From sequence record NC_018859.1: DNA of 64,000 nt; one strand, written 5' to 3'. Below, in pieces: positions 28,764-35,942 of this stretch (the first letter of the stretch is position 1; each line of letters opens with the position of its first letter). The DNA is from Escherichia phage ECBP2. The position numbers and the translations under genes are program-made. The notes below the pieces were generated by a model. It ran no database searches and was not told the DNA's origin. It worked only from the letters and a program-made list of their open reading frames with translations.

Positions 28764-29033
28764 TTACTCCACTGTCGGGAAAGGTTTCAGATTGTTCATA
28801 GCTGTACGAACATCATCACAGATTTCAGGGTCACGATAAGAGAGGAATTTACCATCCTTACCACGAATCATTACATTCGTCCGTGCTGTTTTATTAGGCA
28901 ATAAAGAAATCCCTCCAATAAGATGGTTGGTAGGGTGTTGTCCTTGATTAACCTTGTAGTCATGAGTCTGAGCGTCACCATTAAAGAGATGATCACGAAT
29001 TTGGATTAAGCTAATCTTCATATTATGCACCAA
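28764..29033 (-). CDS. small protein, tandem paralog A
   Basis: KTARTNVMIRGKDGKFLSYRD...NLKPFP shared with the adjacent gene. Confidence 0.45.
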   Translation of the reverse strand: MVHNMKISLIQIRDHLFNGDAQTHDYKVNQGQHPTNHLIGGISLLPNKTARTNVMIRGKDGKFLSYRDPEICDDVRTAMNNLKPFPTVE

Positions 29034-29274
29034 AGTTAGGGAAAGGTTTCAGATTTTCAATAGACTCAGCAATACGCTTAGGAACAGCCTTATCACGGAA
29101 GGAGATGAACTTGCCATCAGGACCACGAAGGGCTACATTAGTACGAGCTGTTGTTTTGTTAAACTGAATCATCTCAACAGAGCTTGTAACATTTTCTACA
29201 GGAAAAGTATAGCTCTCAGTTGTGTTCAGAGAAGGGAGGAAATCAGTTACAGTGATGTAAGTTACTTTAGACAT
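29023..29274 (-). CDS. small protein, tandem paralog B
   Basis: KTTARTNVALRGPDGKFISFRD...NLKPFP. Confidence 0.45.
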   Translation of the reverse strand: MSKVTYITVTDFLPSLNTTESYTFPVENVTSSVEMIQFNKTTARTNVALRGPDGKFISFRDKAVPKRIAESIENLKPFPNFGA

Positions 29275-29295
29275 ATTTATTACCTTAGGTTACAT

Positions 29296-29326
29296 AAAAG
29301 AAAAGGCCACCCGAAATGGGTAGCCT
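29296..29326 (-). terminator. rho-independent terminator
   Basis: GGCTACCC-ATTTCG-GGTGGCC hairpin + U-run on the - strand. Confidence 0.5.
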
Positions 29327-29330
29327 TATA

Positions 29331-29657
29331 TTAACTTGAGCTTAAAGCTCCTTTTCTAGACTTGACTCCGCCTGCTGATTTTCCAGCACGATCTCCACTT
29401 TTGCCGCCGTTCGAGCGATTTCCAGAGATTGATTCAACACGTAAGTTACTTGACGCATTAGAACCTCCCGACTTGATTGATCGTTTATGTCCAACGTCTT
29501 TACCTCGGACAGCAGCTTTTCCATCGCGCTTTTCAACGATGCGACGTGCACGGTGGCGCTGAGCATCTCCGCTCTTGCTACCAACACCTGTCTCCCCACG
29601 TTTGATTGCAGTTCTTCGTTCTTGTGCATAATCACGTTTCGCCTTATCGGTCATCAT
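29331..29657 (-). CDS. highly basic Lys/Arg/Gly/Ser-rich protein
   Basis: 108-aa ORF behind AAGGAG RBS and a TAATGTATAC motif; an alternative 97-aa ORF in another frame covers the same DNA (29342-29635). Confidence 0.4.
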   Translation of the reverse strand: MMTDKAKRDYAQERRTAIKRGETGVGSKSGDAQRHRARRIVEKRDGKAAVRGKDVGHKRSIKSGGSNASSNLRVESISGNRSNGGKSGDRAGKSAGGVKSRKGALSSS

Positions 29658-29688
29658 AACTCCTTAATATATCAGTGTACACTAAGGA

Positions 29689-29698
29689 GTATACATTA
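29689..29698 (-). promoter_or_regulatory. TAATGTATAC promoter-like motif (- strand)
   Basis: About 32 nt upstream of the ATG at 29657, just after the PhoH stop. Confidence 0.45.
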
Positions 29699-29701
29699 TG
29701 T

Positions 29702-30439
29702 TTATGATTTTTCAGATTCCATTGCTTTAACAATAGCTTTACAGAAACCTGAACGAACAATATCATCCGATTCGCCATCTACTAGAGCGGCAAATTCAAA
29801 TAACTGGTGACGGTAGATGAAATCAGTAGCCCAATCAAGACCACTCTCACCACGCATGTCGTGCTGGTTAGTGTCCCCCATGCAGAACATCTGAGAGGTT
29901 TCACCAAGACGTGTCATGATTGAATATGCTTCATCAGGAGTAGTGTTCTGGAACTCATCAACAATCACGATAGCATCGTTGAACGAGCGACCACGTAGAT
30001 ATTCCAGAGGTACGAACTCAATATTACCATTACCTACTTGACATTCGTAGAAACCTTTACCGTAGCGCTGAGTAATAACATCAACGATTGGCATTAGGTA
30101 TGGTTCAAACTTCTCACGAAGCCCACCGGGAAGTAATCCAAGACTATTACCCATACCAACAGCAGGTCGGCTTAGGATAATCTTCTCAATCTTCCCACTC
30201 TTCAGAGCATCAATCACTGTAGAAGTGATTACGAAGGTCTTACCACAACCAGCAGGAGCATCTGTGAATACAACCTGTTTGGTTTTAATTGCATCAAGCA
30301 GCTCACTCTGGAATTGGTTCTGAGGTACTACCGGCTTAGCAAGAACTACTTCTTCAAATTCCCGCTTTCCTTTCTTGGTGACGAGAGCTTCACGACGTAA
30401 TTCTCTCCGTGACGCTTTCCGAGATTCTCTACGACTCAT
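29702..30439 (-). CDS. phoH: PhoH-like ATPase
   Basis: Walker A PAGCGKTFVITSTVIDAL and PhoH-typical overall layout. Confidence 0.8.
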   Translation of the reverse strand: MSRRESRKASRRELRREALVTKKGKREFEEVVLAKPVVPQNQFQSELLDAIKTKQVVFTDAPAGCGKTFVITSTVIDALKSGKIEKIILSRPAVGMGNSLGLLPGGLREKFEPYLMPIVDVITQRYGKGFYECQVGNGNIEFVPLEYLRGRSFNDAIVIVDEFQNTTPDEAYSIMTRLGETSQMFCMGDTNQHDMRGESGLDWATDFIYRHQLFEFAALVDGESDDIVRSGFCKAIVKAMESEKS

Positions 30440-30617
30440 TTCCTACCTCCGTGTTCTTCATATAAGAAGCTACAGGATTTACACTCTGAGCAATGGATAC
30501 CTATAACCTTAATTTCGACAAACTTCTTATTCTTCCCTTTAGTCGGGGAGCCTTTGGCAAGCTCCCGTATTACTTTCGAGTTCAAATGGAGAAGAGTTGA
30601 TTCACATTTAAAACATT

Positions 30618-30938
30618 TCAGATTGATTTGTCCTTATGTAAACGGTATACTTCAGTAGCCATACAAGCAATACGCTCGTCATGTGGGAGATGCATACCAG
30701 TAGAGCCGTTCCATCCTTCGAACTCTGAATCAAAGAATCCAACAGGCTCGGGATACATCTCTTGCAAAGTGGTTAAGTCATCAGCCACTTGTTGCCATTT
30801 GTCATCAGACCAGATTGGGTCATCCAACCAATAATACAGATAGGAATGGATAAGCATCTGCGTTCTGTGTCGTTTAATCACTTCAGCAGGACTAATCTCG
30901 TTTCCGTTAACAGTCCTAAATGTATTATCATTAATCAT
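30618..30938 (-). CDS. hypothetical protein
   Basis: 106-aa ORF. Confidence 0.45.
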   Translation of the reverse strand: MINDNTFRTVNGNEISPAEVIKRHRTQMLIHSYLYYWLDDPIWSDDKWQQVADDLTTLQEMYPEPVGFFDSEFEGWNGSTGMHLPHDERIACMATEVYRLHKDKSI

Positions 30939-31414
30939 TCCAAAACCCTTTCTTCTAAATCGTAAAAGATTTGATTTGTCCCATTATTCTCAACAAGCAC
31001 TGTTCCATTATCTAACAGGGTAGCAACTTGGGAATAAGGAATGTTCTTTAACATCAGAGCATTAATGGTCGGCTTATTTTTGAAGTAAGCGACAGGCTCA
31101 ACATAGAAGGAAATCCCACGACTTCCTTTAATTGGAGTGCTAGAAGATAGAACCCAAATTGTTTCTGGCTTGTCTATTTCCTTTTCAACACCAACCTCAA
31201 CAAGTGAGTCAGCAGCGAAACCTACAGGACGACTAGAAGAGCCAAGTGCCCGAATAAATCCTGGCAATTTTGACATGTTAGACCAACTACCAGTGTTTTC
31301 ATTAAACACAGGTCTTACGTCTCCATATGCCCAAACCAGATTATCATAGTCACGGGCTATGTATTTAACCCAATCAGGAACATCATACTCCCTTCCTTCA
31401 AAAATAACTTTCAT
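30935..31414 (-). CDS. hypothetical protein
   Basis: 159-aa ORF, ATGA overlap with neighbour. Confidence 0.45.
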   Translation of the reverse strand: MKVIFEGREYDVPDWVKYIARDYDNLVWAYGDVRPVFNENTGSWSNMSKLPGFIRALGSSSRPVGFAADSLVEVGVEKEIDKPETIWVLSSSTPIKGSRGISFYVEPVAYFKNKPTINALMLKNIPYSQVATLLDNGTVLVENNGTNQIFYDLEERVLE

Positions 31415-31645
31415 TTAGATAACCTTGTGCTTATAGATGTTAGGGTTGAAGTAGTGCAACCAGTTTATATATTGTTTCTGTTCGAGGTAGTGCCTGCAAT
31501 CATGACAAAAAGCATGACCCAAACCTGTTTCCTCATTCAGTTTGAAATTGATAAGAAGCTTCTGCTTTCGACAGAAGCTACATGCTTTAGTGGGCTTCAC
31601 GTAATGCATCCCAAGAGATTGGATATATTTTACGAAGCTCTTCAT
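31415..31645 (-). CDS. Cys/His-rich (zinc-finger-like) small protein
   Basis: CSFCRK...CHDCRH; start chosen at an internal Met to limit overlap with ThyX. Confidence 0.35.
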   Translation of the reverse strand: MKSFVKYIQSLGMHYVKPTKACSFCRKQKLLINFKLNEETGLGHAFCHDCRHYLEQKQYINWLHYFNPNIYKHKVI

Positions 31646-32237
31646 CAATTGTTGATGCGAACACTCGTACTTCGTACTGAGCATGGTCTGACAGTCGCTG
31701 ACGACACAACTCTGACCAACCGTATAGAGAACCAGTCCATACCCACTCAGTGATCATACCCTGAGGTAATACGAATCGAGCTTGTTCTGGAGCAATGAAC
31801 TTAATCAATTCATCGTACGACTCAAGAGCTGTTTCATATGCTCGGTTAATCAGAACTAGTGCAGAGTTTTGTGCTCCTGTGGTGAGGAGATTCCCTGCAC
31901 CTGCATGGAGGTCCGAAGGTCTTTCAAAAATCTCTTTAGGGATGAAGAGTTCAACTGCTCCATCTTTATACCGCCGGGACATTTCGTTCCACGAGAATCC
32001 AACTTGGTGTTTATTGAGTTGTCTAGCAATTGCAATGGGAGCCTTACACCGAAAGGTGATTTGAGGGTGTCGAAAAGGAGTCACATGACGTTCCCGAGCT
32101 AAGAATTTAATCAACCGCTCGTCACGTTCGTTCAGATCACCATCTCGTGTCACACCAAAGGAAACCCTTGCTGCATTGACCACAGATTTGTCGGAACCCA
32201 TGTGCTCTACCAGTGTTGCTTTTAAAAAATCAGACAT
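31587..32237 (-). CDS. thyX: flavin-dependent thymidylate synthase
   Basis: RHVTPFRHPQITFRCKAPIAIARQLNKHQVGFSWNEMSRRY matches the ThyX RHR...S...SxRY signature. Confidence 0.8.
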   Translation of the reverse strand: MSDFLKATLVEHMGSDKSVVNAARVSFGVTRDGDLNERDERLIKFLARERHVTPFRHPQITFRCKAPIAIARQLNKHQVGFSWNEMSRRYKDGAVELFIPKEIFERPSDLHAGAGNLLTTGAQNSALVLINRAYETALESYDELIKFIAPEQARFVLPQGMITEWVWTGSLYGWSELCRQRLSDHAQYEVRVFASTIDEELRKIYPISWDALREAH

Positions 32238-32697
32238 ACTTCAACTTCTCCTTGTTGTAAATTTCTTCTGCCTCTTCGCAAGAAGCAAAAGTTCCTAAAT
32301 GTATATTCTTACCTTTGACGCCGATAATGGCTCGATATTTATCACCAGAAGCTGTCTTACGAAGATACACACCTCTAGGAAGATTTCCTATCTTGTTATC
32401 AACATCGTACTGCCTTCTGTTATGACAGTTAGTAGATGGATTCACATCTCTTAGGTTATCAATTGAGTCATTAAGTTTGTTCTGGTCAATGTGGTCAATT
32501 TCAAACTCAGGGAATTTTCCATGAACAAAGAACCAAGCAAGACGGCAAGCTCTGTAGCTTTTCCCTTCATGCTCAATGTAACGATAACCTAGAGAAGATA
32601 CATACCCAGCTTGATTTCCTTTAACCCTTCGACCTTTTGTGTTCTTCCAGAAGAAGTCTCCAGTCTTAGGGTTGTATTCCAAGTCGTCTTGTATCAT
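32230..32697 (-). CDS. HNH homing endonuclease with AP2-type DNA-binding domain
   Basis: EIDHIDQNKLNDSIDNLRDVNPSTNCHNRR (HNH) plus RGVYLRKTASGDKYRAIIGVKGKNIHLGTFASCEEAEEIY (AP2-like). Confidence 0.7.
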   Translation of the reverse strand: MIQDDLEYNPKTGDFFWKNTKGRRVKGNQAGYVSSLGYRYIEHEGKSYRACRLAWFFVHGKFPEFEIDHIDQNKLNDSIDNLRDVNPSTNCHNRRQYDVDNKIGNLPRGVYLRKTASGDKYRAIIGVKGKNIHLGTFASCEEAEEIYNKEKLKYV

Positions 32698-32704
32698 TTC
32701 TTAC

Positions 32705-32920
32705 TTAATAGTGAATCTTTTTATAAATCAGGTTGCTTCCACTTTCTGTTTCAATCCCTTTCTGGATTGTAACTTTAGAAGCACCGGTATTAGCAATTTT
32801 TAAAGCTCGCTTAAACCGGCGAGCCTCTTTCCGTGTGGAGTATGTTGAGAAGCTAGGGATTGTGCTATCAAAATTAAACCACTTAACTACCCAAAAAGTA
32901 ATCCAAGGTTTCTTTTCCAT
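32705..32920 (-). CDS. small basic protein, family with 34785-35000 and 35000-35212
   Basis: Shared W..V..W......TRxEARxxKK core (STRKEARRFKR). Confidence 0.4.
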   Translation of the reverse strand: MEKKPWITFWVVKWFNFDSTIPSFSTYSTRKEARRFKRALKIANTGASKVTIQKGIETESGSNLIYKKIHY

Positions 32921-32921
32921 A

Positions 32922-33197
32922 TTAAATACCTTTCAGAGCCGTGTCTAAAAATGCACGGAGATTAGATTCAGTTTGCATACCTGATAAACTATAATGAGCA
33001 CCACTATTCTTATCAGGGACGACAAAGGCTGGGATACTGCGAACACCGTATTCAATGGCTCGCTCTCGACCATTACCTTCAGAGATATTTACTTCTTCAA
33101 CTTCTACACTGTAGTCAGCCACAACCTTCTTAAACACAGGAGCCATAGCTGCACATGGAGCACATGAATTACTATAAAACTTAATTACTTTACTCAT
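32922..33197 (-). CDS. thioredoxin/glutaredoxin-like protein
   Basis: MSKVIKFYSNSCAPCAAM with CxxC motif and thioredoxin-like length; start at internal Met 33197. Confidence 0.65.
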   Translation of the reverse strand: MSKVIKFYSNSCAPCAAMAPVFKKVVADYSVEVEEVNISEGNGRERAIEYGVRSIPAFVVPDKNSGAHYSLSGMQTESNLRAFLDTALKGI

Positions 33198-33387
33198 TCT
33201 ATTCCTTGTTAATAAACAGGTTGATATGACGCTGGGTAGCAGGAACAACAATAAAAGATTTATACTGACCTTTTGCTAAGTCATGAGCAATCTTCTTTGT
33301 CTGACCAAGACCCATCACACAGCCACTAACGATAATGGCATGTGCTTGTAATTCTTCAGGTAGGTTTAGTTTCACTCTTTAGATTCC

Positions 33388-33573
33388 TTATAGCATACAA
33401 AGAATAATAACAAGAGGTAGTGTTATAGCAAAATGTACCAGAACAACACTACCTAGCTTGATAGCTTTAACATCCTCTTCTGCTGGGTTTTCTTTAATTG
33501 CTAAATTTCGAGCTTTATATATAACAGTACCAACTATTAACGACCACACGGCCCACACAATCAGTGAAATCAT
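33388..33573 (-). CDS. small two-TM membrane protein (paralog pair)
   Basis: Two hydrophobic segments around an ENP motif (AIKENPAEEDVKAIKLGSVVLV). Confidence 0.45.
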   Translation of the reverse strand: MISLIVWAVWSLIVGTVIYKARNLAIKENPAEEDVKAIKLGSVVLVHFAITLPLVIILCML

Positions 33574-33582
33574 ATCAAACCC

Positions 33583-33804
33583 TTATGCAGTCAACAGGTG
33601 GAGAAGGAAAGGAATGACAACAGAGAAAATTACCAGAGCAATGCTGCCATGTTTAATGGGTTTAGCATCATTCGGATTTTCTTTAAGCATCTGTTTCTGA
33701 GCCAGATAAACGATACCACCAACAAGAATTGCCCACACAGACCATACGATTGCTGAAAACATATTCACATCCTTATAAAGAAGTTCGCCCCACCTCTTAA
33801 ACAA
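33583..33804 (-). CDS. small two-TM membrane protein (paralog pair)
   Basis: MLKENPNDAKPIKHGSIALVIF aligns with the adjacent gene. Confidence 0.45.
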   Translation of the reverse strand: MFKRWGELLYKDVNMFSAIVWSVWAILVGGIVYLAQKQMLKENPNDAKPIKHGSIALVIFSVVIPFLLHLLTA

Positions 33805-33825
33805 AGAGACAGGGCGGAGGTTTGA

Positions 33826-34392
33826 TTAGTAAGACACGTCACCACTAGAGTGGGACATGTTGCTCTTGACGAAGTAACAGAACTTGCCAAGACCTTCATT
33901 AATTTCTTGAAGCATACTCTGGTCTACTGGATAGGTGCACAAGTCTGAATCAAACTCGTCCATCTTTTCAATGATACACATCAGAGTCATGCACATGTCG
34001 GAAAGCATACCGTCCATGTCGAGATCAGCACTACCTTCTCTGAACCAAGCACAACTAAGATAGCTACTAGCTGTTGCATCCACTTTGATACAGTGATAAC
34101 GCATTCGCTCAGCTACTCGGTCTCCTGTTTCACGAGCATAGTCTTCTAATTCATCGAACATACCATGAACACCTTGGAAACCAGCTCCAGAGACGTTCCA
34201 GTGGTAATTCTTTGCTTTGATGTGTAGAAGCTCAAGGTTAGCCTGCACACCGCATAGGATGTGCTCTAGACTGTTACCGCTGATCAGTTTATTCATTCCC
34301 TCAAGACGAGAGATAGAGGAGTCAGTTGTAGAGAATGGGTTACTAGAACCCACTCGTGTTAGTTCAGGTAAGTCGAAGACATTATTATGCAT
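33826..34392 (-). CDS. Dps/ferritin-like protein
   Basis: KNYHWNVSGAGFQGVHGMFDELEDYARETGDRVAERM matches the Dps ferroxidase-site signature. Confidence 0.7.
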   Translation of the reverse strand: MHNNVFDLPELTRVGSSNPFSTTDSSISRLEGMNKLISGNSLEHILCGVQANLELLHIKAKNYHWNVSGAGFQGVHGMFDELEDYARETGDRVAERMRYHCIKVDATASSYLSCAWFREGSADLDMDGMLSDMCMTLMCIIEKMDEFDSDLCTYPVDQSMLQEINEGLGKFCYFVKSNMSHSSGDVSY

Positions 34393-34714
34393 TAGGAGTC
34401 TCTCCTTCTAAGTTGGTTGAATTGGCTACGTTACGAGCAATGTTGTCCATGACCTGCTGGGTAATAACAATGCAATTCTGTGGGTCTACAGACTTAGAAC
34501 GCCCCATTTCAGGGTCATAAACCTTAACACGTTTGGCTGTTGAGCCAGTAACTTGCAACACTTTGAGAAGATAACCTTGATTTCCAATAGACCATGCAAC
34601 AACATCACGATTCTTGATATAACGACCAAGCATATCACGATGATAGAACTGCTGCATAACTTTAGCTTTGCTAATCTCTTCAGATGGCGGGGCCACTTTA
34701 CTCAAATCTAACAT
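34385..34714 (-). CDS. hypothetical protein
   Basis: Track ORF 34385-34732; second ATG (34714) has an AGGAGAGAG RBS; an AATGTATATA motif lies just upstream. Confidence 0.45.
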   Translation of the reverse strand: MLDLSKVAPPSEEISKAKVMQQFYHRDMLGRYIKNRDVVAWSIGNQGYLLKVLQVTGSTAKRVKVYDPEMGRSKSVDPQNCIVITQQVMDNIARNVANSTNLEGETPNA

Positions 34715-34748
34715 AACTCTCTCCTGTTTCATACAATATTCTTATACT

Positions 34749-34759
34749 GTATATACATT
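34749..34759 (-). promoter_or_regulatory. AAATGTATATA promoter-like motif (- strand)
   Basis: Ten of eleven positions match the TAATGTATATA motif; sits in the 50-nt gap between genes. Confidence 0.4.
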
Positions 34760-34784
34760 TGAGAGTTATCATATCTACTACCAA

Positions 34785-35000
34785 CTAGTAATAAACCTTG
34801 CTGGATATGAATCCAGCACTGTTCTGGATATTTTCAATCCAACGATGAATCTCCACCTTTTCAGCGATTCCTAAAGCTTTTGTAGCTTTTATAGTTTTCT
34901 TAGCAAGACGAGCCTCTTGTCTTGTGTTGAATAATTGAATACAATCACCACCAAGAGCTTTGTTAGCCCATTTAGTACGAACTGCCCATAATTTATCCAT
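34785..35000 (-). CDS. small basic protein, family member
   Basis: NTRQEARLAKK; 71 aa. Confidence 0.4.
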   Translation of the reverse strand: MDKLWAVRTKWANKALGGDCIQLFNTRQEARLAKKTIKATKALGIAEKVEIHRWIENIQNSAGFISSKVYY

Positions 35001-35212
35001 TAGTAATGTACCTTTCCGCTGATATAGAAACGACCTGATTTAAAGTCTTGAGCTTTGTGGATAGTGATCTTATTAATTGTGCTTTCACAACTTAACAAGA
35101 ACTTCTTATGAGCGCGAGCTTCTTGACGGGTATTCCTAATACCCATTGACTCTGTACCACTGCTCCAGTGAATACGAACTACCCAACGTCTTTTCATTGT
35201 TCCAAACTCCAT
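35000..35212 (-). CDS. small basic protein, family member
   Basis: NTRQEARAHKK; 70 aa, adjacent to its paralog. Confidence 0.4.
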   Translation of the reverse strand: MEFGTMKRRWVVRIHWSSGTESMGIRNTRQEARAHKKFLLSCESTINKITIHKAQDFKSGRFYISGKVHY

Positions 35213-35403
35213 TATCTGTCAACCGATTTAGGGACAAACTGCATTACACAGACCTGATTACGAGGGAGATTTATTTCACAAGCGGCTCTTCTCGTCTCAA
35301 TCTTAACGCTAGAATCTGGACCAACGTTAGATATAAATACTCCCATAGCAAATGCCCCAACTACAAAACCAATAGCTAAGTAAGTAGCTTTTTCTTCTTT
35401 CAT
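35212..35403 (-). CDS. small membrane protein
   Basis: One TMD YLAIGFVVGAFAMGVFI. Confidence 0.4.
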   Translation of the reverse strand: MKEEKATYLAIGFVVGAFAMGVFISNVGPDSSVKIETRRAACEINLPRNQVCVMQFVPKSVDR

Positions 35404-35408
35404 CTTGG

Positions 35409-35942
35409 TTATACACCTTTAGATGCAACTACACCTTCAGAGTTATTATAACGACCCTTCACTGCATAGGAGTGTTCCCCTGCATGAGAGTGCTCAAACA
35501 TCACCATCTGACCAACACGCATACCAGCACGAACTCGTAAGCTGTGGTTGTGAGTAACGTTATGGAATTCAAAGGTTAGCTTACTGCTATTAAACCCTGC
35601 ATCAGCCCAACCAGCATGAAGGTGGTTCAAACCACAACGAGCCATTGAGGAGCGGAGTACAAACAGGCTTGAGATATTATCTGGAAGGTTAAACTCTTCC
35701 ATCGAGTGAGCTAAGAAGAACTGTCCCGGAGTGATAACGATACCATCTTCAGGGATTTTTACTTCTTTCCACTTGAGGTTTTCTTTAGCATCAATGTCAA
35801 CAATGCCGTCAGCCTGTTCTTCAACAAGGATAGTATCACCAATACGGATATCCACGCTAGCAGCGTTAACATATTTATGCTCCGCATCTAAAAAGCCATT
35901 ATCAATAACGCTGTGTAATTCTTGAGAACCTAAAAGACTCAT
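35409..35942 (-). CDS. dcd: dCTP deaminase
   Basis: ASVDIRIGDT...ITPGQFFLAHSMEEFNLP...GWADAGFNSSKLTFEF resembles the dCTP deaminase/dUTPase fold. Confidence 0.75.
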   Translation of the reverse strand: MSLLGSQELHSVIDNGFLDAEHKYVNAASVDIRIGDTILVEEQADGIVDIDAKENLKWKEVKIPEDGIVITPGQFFLAHSMEEFNLPDNISSLFVLRSSMARCGLNHLHAGWADAGFNSSKLTFEFHNVTHNHSLRVRAGMRVGQMVMFEHSHAGEHSYAVKGRYNNSEGVVASKGV

